DNA of 63,658 nt, filler included, from Octopus bimaculoides (Eukaryota): NCBI RefSeq assembly GCF_001194135.2. It is 10 parts of 8 records of this genome, joined end to end, with 100 filler letters (N's around TTAATTAATTAA, not from the genome) between each part and the next. Parts side by side here need not be neighbours in the genome. Positions count along the whole stretch, not along the records: positions 22,801 to 28,470 come from NC_068981.1; positions 28,571 to 32,132 come from NC_068994.1; positions 32,233 to 42,782 come from NC_068987.1; 7 more parts are not named here. One strand, given 5' to 3'. The position numbers were made by a program, and so were the translations under genes. Position 1 is the first letter of the stretch, and every line of letters starts with the position of its first letter. This document shows positions 24,264 to 36,613 of this stretch, in pieces. The notes beneath the pieces were generated by a model. It ran no database searches and was not told the DNA's origin. It saw only the letters and a list, made by a program, of their open reading frames with translations.

Positions 24264-24671
24264 CATACATAATACATATATACATATGCATGCGCACACA
24301 CACACTGACCCACACCCACATGCGCGTAAACAAGCAAAACGAACGCAGCTTGGATAACGGACAGAGTCAACAACTATGGAAAAGGTTGCAAGACGCAAAG
24401 AAAATTTTAGAAAAATAAATGAGTAAATGAGCGGAAATTTTACCGGTGAGTGTGTTAAATAATAAGCCACTAAAAGAAAATGACTCTTCCCAGACACACG
24501 TGTGTGTGTGTGTGTGCATATATATATATGTGTGTGTATATATATATGCATATAAATATACATATGCATATATATATTTATGCATCGGTTGTCAAGCGAT
24601 GGCTGGGGGACAAAAACACATACACACAAATAATACACACACACGCACACACACATACACACACACATACA

Positions 24672-25145
24672 CATGAGGGGTGTTCATTAAAGATTTTCCC
24701 TGACCCACTTCCGGTTATCGCAGGAGACGGAGCTTGTACAGGTATAATTATATATGTCTCTACATGTCGTTATAAATTGCAGCTTTCCACTAGTATTCGT
24801 TTGTCTTTTGAAGAGTATTATAAAGTGTTATAATGGAAGCAGTTGAATGCAGATCAATGATCAGGTTCTTATACTTGAAAGGTCCCACACCAAAAGAGAC
24901 TGGATGATATGAAACTGCTCCTATTCCTAGACGACGATATTCCGCCATTGATGACGATACCATCCATAAAATGGAAGCCGCCATTTTGGAGGATCGCCAC
25001 ATAACTATTCGGTAACTAGCCCAAGAAGTGAAGATAAGTGTAGGGTCCATGGGAAAAGTCATTCACGACCATTTGCACATGCAGAAGTTGTTTGGACTAT
25101 GGATCCCCCCGGATGCTCACACCTTTTTGAGAAGCAGGAAAGAGT
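24672..25145 (+). mobile_element. mariner element, internally deleted 5' part
   Basis: TIR-like ATGAGGGGTGTTCATTAAAG, then MEAVECRSMIRFLYLKG and ILEDRHITIR*LAQEVKISVGS...HL.M.KL...W.P. Confidence 0.8.
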
Positions 25146-25299
25146 CAATTGCTCCCAGGCTCAAATTTGAGCAGATACTCAAATTATATCTCTCTGACTT
25201 TACACTTCAAACTTATGGAATTGAACACGTTCTTAGAAGAAAATGACTTAACGACTAACATCCATCACAGCTTTCACGCAGCAAGAAATCGTCTTACAT

Positions 25300-25860
25300 G
25301 ACTCCTATACCACTATAACTATGTGCTGAAACAGCTGCTCGATCATTCGACTGTGAAAATCATACATGTCAGCTTTGTGAAGGCCTTCAAGAAAGTTATG
25401 ATGGTGTGTGGCAAACTGTATGATTTTAATGTAATTTAGAAATCAAAGGAGTGGCTGCAACACTTTTTAAAATAGAGAAGTCAGAGTGCCATCGACACTC
25501 TCTCAAAGGAAACCCCTATTTTGAATGGAATCCCAATCCCAAGGAGAACTATCTTGGCGCTGTTTGTGATGTTACTATCAGATATGTTCTGAGTTATACA
25601 GTTAGCTACTCTCACTCGCTATGCTGATGACACAAAAGTATCTCCGGCAATACAAAACTCCGTAATGCTGCAAACTTCCAGTAAGACTTACTATTTACAA
25701 GTAGGCTGCACAAAATATTTTGCAACATAATGCTGGAAAATTTCAAGATTTTCACAATTAGTAAAAACATTCCACAACAGGGATGCACAAGACTTGGAGA
25801 GATTCCAATTTTAAATTGAGGTTTATGAGGTAACGTATGCGACATTCTCAAGGCTAATGT
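25300..25860 (+). mobile_element. CR1/L2/Jockey-type LINE RT fragment
   Basis: Motifs DF(V)KAFKKV, GIP.QG..LG and YADDTKV at about 25619-25640. Confidence 0.7.
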
Positions 25861-27037
25861 TTGTATACGTCAAATGAACTAGCTTCAACACGGAATCGTT
25901 AGCCACTGATGGATTCAGCACTCTACTGGATTTGTTCCCCCCCCCCTTTTTTTGCTACTTTTCTGCATTTGCTAATGCCTAAAAGTTATTGAATATAAGG
26001 GCGCATATATGACTGTATGGTTTAAATCTTCGCTTCACAGTTATTTAGTTTTAGGATCAGTCCTAGTGTGCGGTGCCTCGGGCATATATTTTATACCTTA
26101 TGCTAGAGTCAACCATGCTTGTGAAATTTGGTTGGCGGAAAACTGTTGGAAGGGACCATTCGTGTTTTGTGGCGATTTAGTTAATCTGAGATCAGTTTAA
26201 TACCGTTTGCAGGCCTTGTATCACAAGTGGTTGACATGCCAGCTTATGCCAGAGCTTAGATGCAAGATATTTTAAAAGAAGCGAACAAAACAGATAGAAC
26301 GCCTTTGATCATGCAGTAACACCCCAAGCAGTAACGTTGCCAGTTAACTTCACAATTTTGTTAGTTTCGAGGTCAATATCACTGCGCACTACCTTCGACT
26401 TTCCACCATTGACTCGGATCAAGGGAAGTCGTGTTTCAACTTCGGTTGACGGAAATCCCTGCTCTAATTTCTCTCCCGGTACAGTTGAATGTATTTAACA
26501 AAGTACACCCAGTTGCCAGCATTCAGTCAAGATGTACGGTCTGCCTCGAATTCACTGAGAAACATGTCTTGGGCGTTATACTCCCTATTCTATGTCATTA
26601 AAACGATACGCATTTTTCCAGTGCTCTACCAATATGAATCCAGGTCAGTTTAAAAACAAAATAGTTATTTTATAGTTAACTTTTTTGTTTGATGATGATT
26701 GATGATGATGATGATGATGATAATGATGACGACGACGATGACGATGACAACGACGACGACGATGATGATGATACAAAGAACATTTGTAGAATCAAGGAAG
26801 ATAAAGATTAGGATCATGATGAGGATGGAAATGGTTCCTCTCATAAACAGGAAATCTCAAGTGTCTATATTTATGTTTACTGTCATAAGTTGTTTATCTT
26901 GAGTTCATTTGTGTCCCTGCTACCTAGAGATTCGACATAGGGGTCGATAAAATAAGTGCCATAGTAAAATAACCCCGGGTTGACCAAAGCCTTGCGAGTG
27001 GATTTGGTAGATGGAAACCGAAAAAAGCCCATCATAC

Positions 27038-27078
<41 letters not shown>

Positions 27079-27223
27079 TATAAAGGTTATGAAGGGTAAT
27101 GGAGTCGACCAGACCCGAATGATACAGGTTATACCGAGTAAGTGGTGTATACCGATTAGTTTTGCCCCAGATGTGTTTGCAACATGAATGGGGAATATAA
27201 CATGGGTCGTGTGTTAGCGTGTG

Positions 27224-27436
27224 TATATATAAAAAGAATGAGATAAAAAGACCAATGGCATAAATAAATTTATATTTTATGTAGAATGTCTTACAGCTGT
27301 TTCAGGGAAAATTCAATGTATCCCTTCATCGGAGACGGGGATACATTGAATTTTGCCTGAAACAGCTGTAAGCCATTCTACATAAAATATAAATATATTT
27401 ATGCCATTGGACTCTTTATCTCATTCTTTATATATA
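27224..27436. repeat. Long inverted repeat, arms about 100 bp (27224-27324 and 27338-27436), 13-nt spacer
   Basis: The reverse complement of the right arm matches the left arm with only scattered mismatches. Both ends run into TA repeats. Confidence 0.95.
27288..27336 (-). ncRNA. Type I minimal hammerhead ribozyme, U4C core variant (predicted)
   Basis: GTCT-CCGATGA-AGGG(14 nt)CCCT-GAAA-CAGCTG-TA-AGAC. Stems I and II pair and helix III is the palindrome ACAGCTGT, with a GUA site. Confidence 0.68.
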
Positions 27437-27539
27437 TATATATTTATAAGATAAATAAAGTTAAAACATAGTCAACTTTTCACGTTTTATATTTTGGTAT
27501 TTTAATAAAATTAGTGCCTTCATATATAGTGTGCTTGTC

Positions 27540-27900
27540 AGATTTCAAACTGACAGCTGAGTTCTTGACAACTCTGTTATATCTTAGAACGCTCCAACCA
27601 GCTGAAATTTTAGAATACCTTTTTGATCAGTCTTAAGGGAGAAAAGCCTTGAGAGATTTGCATGGCAGACACGATTGAAAGCTTTGCTGATGTCCAGGGT
27701 GACAACATTGCTTACATCAAATTCTGTTAAGATATAGGTCCACTAGGGGATGTCATAAGAGAGATTAGTCCTCCTGTGGGTCACGCTTTACAGAAACCAT
27801 ACAGGTGGCTGGTGGTCGTCAAGGAAAAGACCATGACGGTCGCCTTCAAGATGGTCATTAAGAAAAGAAACCGTAATGGTGGTACTCAGTGGTGTGTGAG
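27540..27900 (-). mobile_element. CR1/L2/Jockey-type LINE RT fragment
   Basis: Reading VVTLDISKAFNRVCHANL (RT LD.SKAFD.V.H motif). Confidence 0.7.
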
Positions 27901-28437
27901 TTTCATTGTTCCATAGATGATGTCCCTTGGAATTTGGTTCAGTGTTGAGTGCGTTTTGAAGTATGCGTTGTTTTATGAAACAGTATAACCTTAGTGGATG
28001 CAAACGTCGTGATCAGTTTTCATCTAATCTCATGTAACCTAATACTACAAGAAGGTTGGTTGCAAGAGATGGTGTTTTTACAACACCGTCTGAATAGAAT
28101 AATAGTCATTGAAACAAATATGTTTGTCACGGGAGAGAAGTGTGAATTAAAAATACGTCTTTCCTTTACGAGATACATTCTTTTCTTTAACTTTTTAAAT
28201 TTACGCTTTATCGATTCTCCATGAAATTTGCAAAAATATATAGATATGCGTTTAGTACTCTCAATAATTCACTTGAATGCGTTGAGATGTATTTAGTGGA
28301 AGTGTGATACTTTTTGCTATTTACACACGCACACACGCATATATAGATATATGTTTATATGTTTACACAGACACAAACAAACACACACACATGAGTATAT
28401 GTATATGTGTATGTATATGTGCCTACATATTTATATA

Positions 28438-28470
<33 letters not shown>

Positions 28471-28570
28471 NNNNNNNNNNNNNNNNNNNNNNNNNNNNNN
28501 NNNNNNNNNNNNNNTTAATTAATTAANNNNNNNNNNNNNNNNNNNNNNNNNNNNNNNNNNNNNNNNNNNN

Positions 28571-28892
28571 CTAGGTTGGGAAAAAATTACTCATCCACTT
28601 ATTCTCCCGACCTTGCTCCTTCAGACTACCATTTGTTTCGTAGTTTACAGAATCATTTGTGGGACATAACTTTGGCAAGCCAGGAGGAGGTCGAAACTGA
28701 CATTTCAGAGTTCTTCACTTTGAAACCAAAAAAGTTTTACATTGATGGGATTAAAAAGCTTGTAAATAGCTGGAAGGAAGTCATAGATAATCAGGGAAAG
28801 TACATTGATGATTAAATTTCAATTAAATATAACATTTGATCACTTGTTTTATTTATTCAAAATTCGGGTAGAACTTATGGGATGACCTGATA
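28571..28892 (+). mobile_element. mariner transposase 3' end plus right TIR
   Basis: YSPDLAPSDYHLFRSLQNHL...GIKKLVNSWKEVIDNQGKYIDD*, followed by the TIR-like GAACTTATGGGATGACCTGATA. Confidence 0.9.
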
Positions 28893-29055
28893 TTTTAGCT
28901 AAGTAGACTGGAGCGACATGAAATGAAGTACCTTGCTCAAGGAGACAACGCACCGCCCGGTCTAGGAAATGAAACTTATCATCACGAATCGAATACCCTG
29001 ACCACTTTGCCACGTGGCTTCATACACATATTTACACCCACAAATACATACATGC

Positions 29056-29108
<53 letters not shown>

Positions 29109-29487
29109 CAGACAGATAGATAGATAGATACATACATACATACATACATACATACATACATACACAAAACTACACCTGCATTTATGGATGCACTAACTTA
29201 ACCACCTATTTATGAACCTCGGGGACTGTCTTAACTCAAAAAGTCTTATCACTTTGTTAGGGGCAGCTTGAAATTCAAAAAATCTTAAATAACGTCAAAG
29301 GAGACCCACGCACATGCACACACACACACATACATACATACATACATACATAACCTTATTTGTATGTATATATCTATATAATGAAATTGACAAATCTTCC
29401 AAGAGGTGCCGTTTGCATGAAGTAAAACAAATAAACTTGTGATTTTAAAAGAAAGACTATAACAATAGTTATGAAAAGATTCATTCT

Positions 29488-29521
<34 letters not shown>

Positions 29522-29524
29522 CAG

Positions 29525-29923
29525 AATTCCCAATTACAACATCTGAAACAACAACAAACGAAATAACAACAGAACAAGATACACAACCGCAATGGACGAA
29601 GAAAACAACTTCTATCACAGCGAAACCAGAATATACCAAAGACGCGGTGATAACTAGTAAGGATGAAAATGAAATAACTGACGTGGGGAAAGTCACCAAG
29701 TCAGATGTCCACATAAAAACAGATGCCTACTATAGAACAGAAGATGAGCAAAATAATAGAGAAGATCGCACTAAACCAGTAGTTACGGAGTCTTCGATTG
29801 TTTTCACTAGTGACAGCGTTAAGTACACCAGTACTCAGAAAGCTACTCAAAAAATAATAACTCCTGAGTATGACAGTACTAGCTACAAGAGAAGTAGGGC
29901 CGATAATACTGTGGCCATTGGAA
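29525..29923 (+). CDS. Orphan internal exon encoding a Thr/Ser/Glu-rich mucin-like stalk (FPITTSETTTNEITTEQDTQPQW...RSRADNTVAIG); parent gene unidentified
   Basis: Long poly-T tract plus CAG acceptor at 29522-29524 and GTAAGT donor at 29924. Open for 399 bp (phase 1-1, multiple of 3). Sequence is non-repetitive at the DNA level. Confidence 0.7.
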
Positions 29924-30479
29924 GTAAGTATAATTTTATTACTCTATGTTTATCATCGAAACACACCAATTACAGGCAAGTCTTCACACGATAAATGTTG
30001 ACTAGGAAATGATAGAACAAATAAGCAAACATACATACATGAATACATACATACATACATACATACATACATGCGTACATGACTACAAACATGTATATGC
30101 ACACGACACCAAACATCACATATACAATCACACACACGACACAACTATAAACACTTACAAACATATACACTCACACAGCACACTTAACACATGCTCATAA
30201 CAAATACAGAAATATGTATGTTTAGGGAAATATATATACAACTCACGAAGTCTAACTGCATATAGCGATCTCTGGCTGGAGCTGTTGCACCAACTGCATT
30301 TTTATGCTTTCTTACTTTTCGTCCACTCTATGCAATCACAATACATAAAGAAGGATTTTCTTTTTGAAGTTATTAACTGTTTAAAAAAATTATGCGTTTG
30401 GGGAAGAAGTTTCCGTGCAGTGTGTATTGTGTGTAATTGCCTTCGTTGTTCAACTGCTCAAACGTACGTGTTCTGAGTC

Positions 30480-31420
30480 ATTCCGTATAGAGGAAGTAAT
30501 TTTTGATAATGATATTGACTATTTCTGGTTTAGTTTCTTAAAATTCTTACAAAGTATTCTTCTTCTGCCTTTCGTAGTCGATCATTTTCATCTATTATTT
30601 TGTAAGAAAGAAATAATTTGAATTCTCCATTTGTCTAGATGCTTACTACAGGGAACATTTCCAAGAGATGAATCTTTAATTTGTTGTTTATGCACATTCA
30701 CACAGTTGGTTAGTTTCTCGAATATAATTCTCGTTGTACTGAGGGTATGGGATGCAGTAGATAGCGGGGTTATGTATTGCAATTCATGCTGGTATTCACT
30801 TACAATTCCTTTCCATTTTTGAATTATTCTTTGTTCCTTGTTCAAATATTCCTCAATGAATGTGTCACCACAGATTATTACCTACGTTATTTCTTTCTCC
30901 GAAGTGAATCTCACCTTTGCTTGGAGTCTTTTGAGGTTTGGTGGCTGCCTTCGACTGTTGATTTATGATTCTTTAATTATTTATCGGAGATTCGATGATC
31001 GATGTGGAATTGGAAGGTATCGTTTGGCTGAATGTAGGATTTCGTGGTTCCTTGAATTATGGGTGAGTACAAATAGAATATATTTATATTTGTAGTTTTG
31101 TTTTCACCTTTAGTTTGAGTGTTCCTCCCAAAGAAGAGATTAGTATTTCTTTTGCATTGGTTATAGTTTGATTTCTTAGCATTTTAGGGTATTTCTGCTT
31201 TTGAGAGAACTTTTTAAAATTCTACTAGTCGTTTCTGTCGTCTATTTGCGTCTGTAACTACTGAGTATATATGGCTTATCATATTGAGGGATATTTTCCT
31301 TTCTTGTCGGAAGGGTGGCAAGATCTGAAAACTAAATATCGGTGTGTCTGACTCCTTGCAGTAGAGATCGCTTGTAACTGAGTCATTTTCTCTAATTATC
31401 GTCCAGAAAAGGGAGTTTCC
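30480..31420 (-). mobile_element. Penelope-like element 3' part (RT thumb plus GIY-YIG), decayed
   Basis: TSDLYCKESDT, FVLTHNSRNHEI, SRRQPPNLKRL, and the GIY-YIG-like IYCIPYPQYNENYIRET followed by NVHKQQIKD. Confidence 0.82.
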
Positions 31421-31744
31421 TTTCATTCATTTCCATTGAGAACTAGACCAATTCATGAACGCTATTTATTAATGAAATGAATTGTGTAAAGTTCACCTTT
31501 TCTTCCCAAATATGAAACAAAACACGTGTGCTTGAAAAGCTGCACAACAAAAGAGCTTACACCAAAGATACATATAAGAAAACGTCAGTAATTTCTTTAA
31601 ACGGAAAGATAAAAAAAAATCTTTCTTGATATATATATACACATACATGATCATCACTGATTGTGACTGAATTAAGAGTTAAAAGCTCTAAATCTTGTAA
31701 GAAGCGCGCAAAATTTATACACTGACTGGGGAGATAACCGCATC

Positions 31745-32152
31745 ATGACAATCTCTACGATATCAAGACTAGACTGTCCAAGATGCGAGCAGGACAGTGA
31801 AACTGTCCTGCACGCTTTTGTACTTTGTCGGCAGCTCTCCAGCTTGATAATCTATGTAGAACACGTGTTGTCGCATCTGGGACGAGTACAGCTGTCGGCT
31901 GAGTCTATGATAAAGATGATACCGCCAACTGGACTCTCAAAGGAAGGTGAGGCTTGCTTTTTCTGTACGGTAGCAGTGTTGAAAGAGTGCATATGGAGGA
32001 CAAGAATGGAAGGTTTTGTGACAGGCTACTACATGTCCGGCCCTGGATTGCTGACTTACTTCAAATACCATCTGAAGAGCAAGATAGGGCTGGAAAAGAG
32101 AACCCTGTCAGCTAGAGTATATGAACAGAGATNNNNNNNNNNNNNNNNNNNN
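31745..32152 (+). mobile_element. L1/Tx1 ORF2 C-terminus (zf-RVT)
   Basis: CPRCEQDSETVLHAFVLC zinc knuckle and VLKECIWRTR. Confidence 0.85.
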
Positions 32153-32549
32153 NNNNNNNNNNNNNNNNNNNNNNNNTTAATTAATTAANNNNNNNNNNNN
32201 NNNNNNNNNNNNNNNNNNNNNNNNNNNNNNNNTATATATATATATATATATATCCAGACATCAAGCAATGTTTTCACGTGTCCACGGGTGCTCTGTGAGT
32301 TGGTGAGTGTGCTCACGTGTCCCCAATGTGTGCACCATATTCATATATACATGTACGCACTATGCACGTATCCATTCAACGTTTATGCTTATACACTAAT
32401 AAGCATCTGCATGCAGTATATATAGTAAAGTAAAGAATCGAGTGCTCCACTGATCGTTGCCATACCAGCGCTGCACTACCAGTTCATCTCCCTTTCACAG
32501 CAACAACCTTGCTGATATTCCGCATCATTGCCCTCCTTTTATTTTCCAG

Positions 32550-32743
32550 GTCGGTTAGAAATAGCTTTGGGAGCTTGGTCGATGGCTGATGAGGCGGTTA
32601 CTCATTATACCAGTCTTATTGAGGAACACAGCAGGGGTTTCAAATTCCTGGAGAAGAACTTTGGTGCCTGTGCAAGACCCCGGACTGGCTGGCAGGTCGA
32701 CCCGTTCGGTCATTCTAAAGAGGTTGCTGCTCTTTTTGCTCAA
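32550..32743 (+). CDS. MAN2B1: Lysosomal alpha-mannosidase (GH38) exon with the catalytic nucleophile: GRLEIALGAWSMADEAVTHYTSLIEEHSRGFKFLEKNFGACARPRTGWQVDPFGHSKEVAALFAQ
   Basis: ttccag acceptor, GTAGGT donor. GH38 motifs W.M.DEA and W..DPFGHS. The symbol means MAN2B1-like; orthology was not tested. Confidence 0.93.
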
Positions 32744-33329
32744 GTAGGTATTTCCAACTATGGAACATTTTTTACTTTTTCACCTTTACTACAATGGTCC
32801 CGATTCCTCTCTGAAGCTTCTGATTTAATGTATCTGTAACTGAACACATTCGTTGAAACTCTCTACTCTATTCTCATTCATTCTACTCTACTCGCCTTCC
32901 TTCGAATTTGTACTGAAGGTTTCCCAATACTTCTTGGCATTCATCACATCTGCATTGCTATTTTCTATATCAACAATGTTAAACTGTTTGGACCTAACAT
33001 TAATAGGCCAAATCTTAAAATATCATTATATGAAAGAAGAATCGAATTATGCTAAGATAACGTTTCCTTTCTCGTCAGAATCATTTTTCAGTCTTATGTC
33101 ATCCTGTATTACCCTAACTTGCTCTGCAAGCACTCTTATCATGCCACTTATTATCTGCACACAATATTATGCTTTATATTATATTTTGGGAAAGTTTTGA
33201 CTTGGGACTGTTAGTACTGCTACCTACAGTTGCTTTCAGACTAAGAGATAGGCGGGGATGGGGGAGTTTACTAAAAACAGAAAAGAAGGTGAAGATTCTC
33301 TTTAAGCGGAGAGAACCACTTCAAGGTTT

Positions 33330-33895
33330 GTAATTATTATTATTATTGTTCAGTAGTTTTATTTTTATAACGTGCTTTCACTTCACTACCGAGCGCAGCT
33401 CTGTGTGCCTTGGGTATGTGCTGTGGTTTGCTGTGATGTTCTTATGGTTACTGTATTGAAAGTGTTTTGCGTAGGATGTGTGCAGTGCCCAGTAGTGCAA
33501 TTTTCTGTATGTTATATATATTTGTAAGTCCTGGTGTTTTTGTTATATATTTGTCTGAATATTTTTTTTATTATACCTAAGGCACCTACTATGATAGGAA
33601 TTGTTTCTGTTTTTATATTCCACATTCGAGTTACCTCTATTTCCAGGTCTTTGTATTTTGAAAGTTTTTCCATTTCTTTTAGAGAAACGTTGTCATCTGC
33701 TGGTATTGATACATCAATTAGAAAGCATTTTTTTTCTTCATGATCTTTGACAACTATATCTGGTCTATTTGCCTTAATTTCTCTATCTGTGTGTATTGGC
33801 ATATCCCAGAGTATGATTGCTTTCACGTTTTCTGTGACCTTTTCTGGCGTGTGTTTATACCATCTTTTTTCTGTTGTTATTCCATAGTGTTGGCA
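33330..33895 (-). mobile_element. R4/Dong-type element 3' end (restriction-like endonuclease)
   Basis: ILWDMPIHTDREIKANRPDIVVKD...CFLIDVSIP...EKLSKYKDL. Flanked by ATT arrays. Confidence 0.9.
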
Positions 33896-33952
33896 TAGCT
33901 TCCAGTGTATATATAATAATAATAACTAACTTGGAACCTATATACACTGGAA

Positions 33953-34029
<77 letters not shown>

Positions 34030-34720
34030 CATTATTATTATTATTATTATTATGATGATGATGAGGATGATGAGAGGACATTTTCTTATGAGTGAGAGAG
34101 CATATGAAATAATATCATATAATCCATTTTTTCATTTTTAAATGTCCTTGTAGTTGTAGATAGCGCCATTTTGTCCTTCTTATGGGTTCCTCAATACATA
34201 ACTTGGGATCATGAAATTAGTTGGTCTATGTTCATCTAAAACCTTTAAGAATTACATACGATCGATTTTCTTTTCTTTTATTTCTCTCTTTTTCCATTTT
34301 TGTATTATATTTTACTTTATCTTATTTTATCCTATATTACCATAGTTTTGCACGACAGATTAAGTTATATCATCTCACGTTGCTTAGTACACAGCCTTAT
34401 ATTATCGCATACCCAGAATACACGCATTGTTACTCAGTGTTGTCCAGCTGACAATATCTGTTGTCCTGCACACAGTATCTTGATATTCTATAGTACCCTT
34501 CACATAATCTTATGTGAGCCCATGTTATCCAGCAAAGAATCATATGTTATACCATATTAAATATCTTATGTTCATCAACATTTCCCAGCATGCAACATTT
34601 CCCAGCATGTTAACCCGTTCTGCTCAACATATTGTTGTCTACGATCCCCAAATTCCACATCAAACTATTTCTTAATACTCACACCGATCTTTTCCTCATG
34701 TTGTCTGTTTGTTTTTCCAG

Positions 34721-34826
34721 TTCGGTTACGATGGTATGATGTTTGGTCGTCTCGACTTCCAGGATAAAGACAAAAGAATGAGAGATAAGACGATGGAAAT
34801 GTTATGGCGGGCAAGCGATAGTCTTG
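34721..34826 (+). CDS. MAN2B1: Alpha-mannosidase exon: FGYDGMMFGRLDFQDKDKRMRDKTMEMLWRASDSL
   Basis: ttccag acceptor, GTAAGA donor. GH38 G.DG..FGRLD.QDK and ME..W..S motifs, in frame with the previous exon. Confidence 0.93.
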
Positions 34827-34894
34827 GTAAGATTTAATATCCGTCTTCTGATAGCCAACTCAAACGAAGGGCTGATCTGTGACGCTCAATACGC

Positions 34895-34920
34895 CAAATT
34901 ACCGTACTATATTCTACTTG
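34895..34920 (+). repeat. 26-bp direct repeat, copy 1 (CAAATTACCGTACTATATTCTACTTG); copy 2 at 36725-36750
   Basis: Exact match at both positions, neither of which is adjacent to the intervening gap. Confidence 0.9.
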
Positions 34921-35036
34921 TATTGAAATATTTTTCATTGATAACTTCTTCACTGTTCTCAGTTCCGTTAACGGCTTGGCGTTCGGGCGAGTATACTTGG
35001 CATTGATGTGGCAACATTTGAAATGTTGTCTAGGTG

Positions 35037-35111
35037 AATGCAGCTGATGAGGACTAATCAGATTTACGTTGTGAAACGTATTTGAAAAGTCTGAAACCTG
35101 GGTACTGCATT
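35037..35111 (+). ncRNA. Type I hammerhead ribozyme with extended stem II (predicted)
   Basis: AATGCAG-CTGATGA-GGACT...AGTCT-GAAA-CCTGGG-TA-CTGCATT. 7-bp stem I and a three-segment stem II (GGACT/AGTCT, TCAGA/TTTGA, TACGTT/AACGTA), GUA site. Confidence 0.8.
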
Positions 35112-36545
35112 ATCCTTAATCTGGGTTGTTCATTTTCGAATGTTCTTCCTAAGGTAAGACAAGTTTTTCATGTTTTGTTGCACACACGCATTTTTGCCAG
35201 TATATACGCAGTGAAGCTATAAAATAGCGTCGTATTTATATTGATTGCTATTGTCCAGTAAATATCGGTACCNNNNNNNNNNNNNNNNNNNNNNNNNNNN
35301 NNNNNNNNNNNNNNNNNNNNNNNNNNNNNNNNNNNNNNNNNNNNNNNNNNNNNNNNNNNNNNNNNNNNNNNNNNNNNNNNNNNNNNNNNNNNNNNNNNNN
35401 NNNNNNNNNNNNNNNNNNNNNNNNNNNNNNNNNNNNNNNNNNNNNNNNNNNNNNNNNNNNNNNNNNNNNNNNNNNNNNNNNNNNNNNNNNNNNNNNNNNN
35501 NNNNNNNNNNNNNNNNNNNNNNNNNNNNNNNNNNNNNNNNNNNNNNNNNNNNNNNNNNNNNNNNNNNNNNNNNNNNNNNNNNNNNNNNNNNNNNNNNNNN
35601 NNNNNNNNNNNNNNNNNNNNNNNNNNNNNNNNNNNNNNNNNNNNNNNNNNNNNNNNNNNNNNNNNNNNNNNNNNNNNNNNNNNNNNNNNNNNNNNNNNNN
35701 NNNNNNNNNNNNNNNNNNNNNNNNNNNNNNNNNNNNNNNNNNNNNNNNNNNNNNNNNNNNNNNNNNNNNNNNNNNNNNNNNNNNNNNNNNNNNNNNNNNN
35801 NNNNNNNNNNNNNNNNNNNNNNNNNNNNNNNNNNNNNNNNNNNNNNNNNNNNNNNNNNNNNNNNNNNNNNNNNNNNNNNNNNNNNNNNNNNNNNNNNNNN
35901 NNNNNNNNNNNNNNNNNNNNNNNNNNNNNNNNNNNNNNNNNNNNNNNNNNNNNNNNNNNNNNNNNNNNNNNNNNNNNNNNNNNNNNNNNNNNNNNNNNNN
36001 NNNNNNNNNNNNNNNNNNNNNNNNNNNNNNNNNNNNNNNNNNNNNNNNNNNNNNNNNNNNNNNNNNNNNNNNNNNNNNNNNNNNNNNNNNNNNNNNNNNN
36101 NNNNNNNNNNNNNNNNNNNNNNNNNNNNNNNNNNNNNNNNNNNNNNNNNNNNNNNNNNNNNNNNNNNNNNNNNNNNNATATATATATATATACATATATT
36201 GGCGGTGGGAAGATTCGATTTAGCATTAATAGTAAGGAGCTGACGTGGAAGAATCGTGAGAAGGCTGGAAAAAATATTGCTTTGCGATATTTGTCCAAGC
36301 ACTCAACGTTCTGAGTTCAAATCTCGCCGAAGTTACCTTTTGTGGTCGATGAAATCAACTAACCACGTCCCCTCTGACTTAGGCTTGTACCTAAGTCAGA
36401 GATCATTAATAAAAACCACAGCTTTTAACAAATGCACAAGGTTACACATTTTGCAAGTATGGTGTCTGGATTGAATCAACCCCAGTGCGCAATATGCACT
36501 CTTAGTCATAGATAAATACATAACCAGACAAGGTAGAGACACACA

Positions 36546-36613
<68 letters not shown>

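Noticed and set aside
26564-26643. ATG-initiated candidate first exon (MSWALYSLFYV...) with GTCAGT donor
   Set aside because: Its phase 2 end gives a stop when joined to the 29525 exon, it is a poor signal peptide, and there is no homology evidence.
35168-36302. Long ORFs in the supplied track spanning N runs or (TA)/(CA)/(TATC)/(GA) repeats
   Set aside because: Artefacts of X translation and of stop-free microsatellites.
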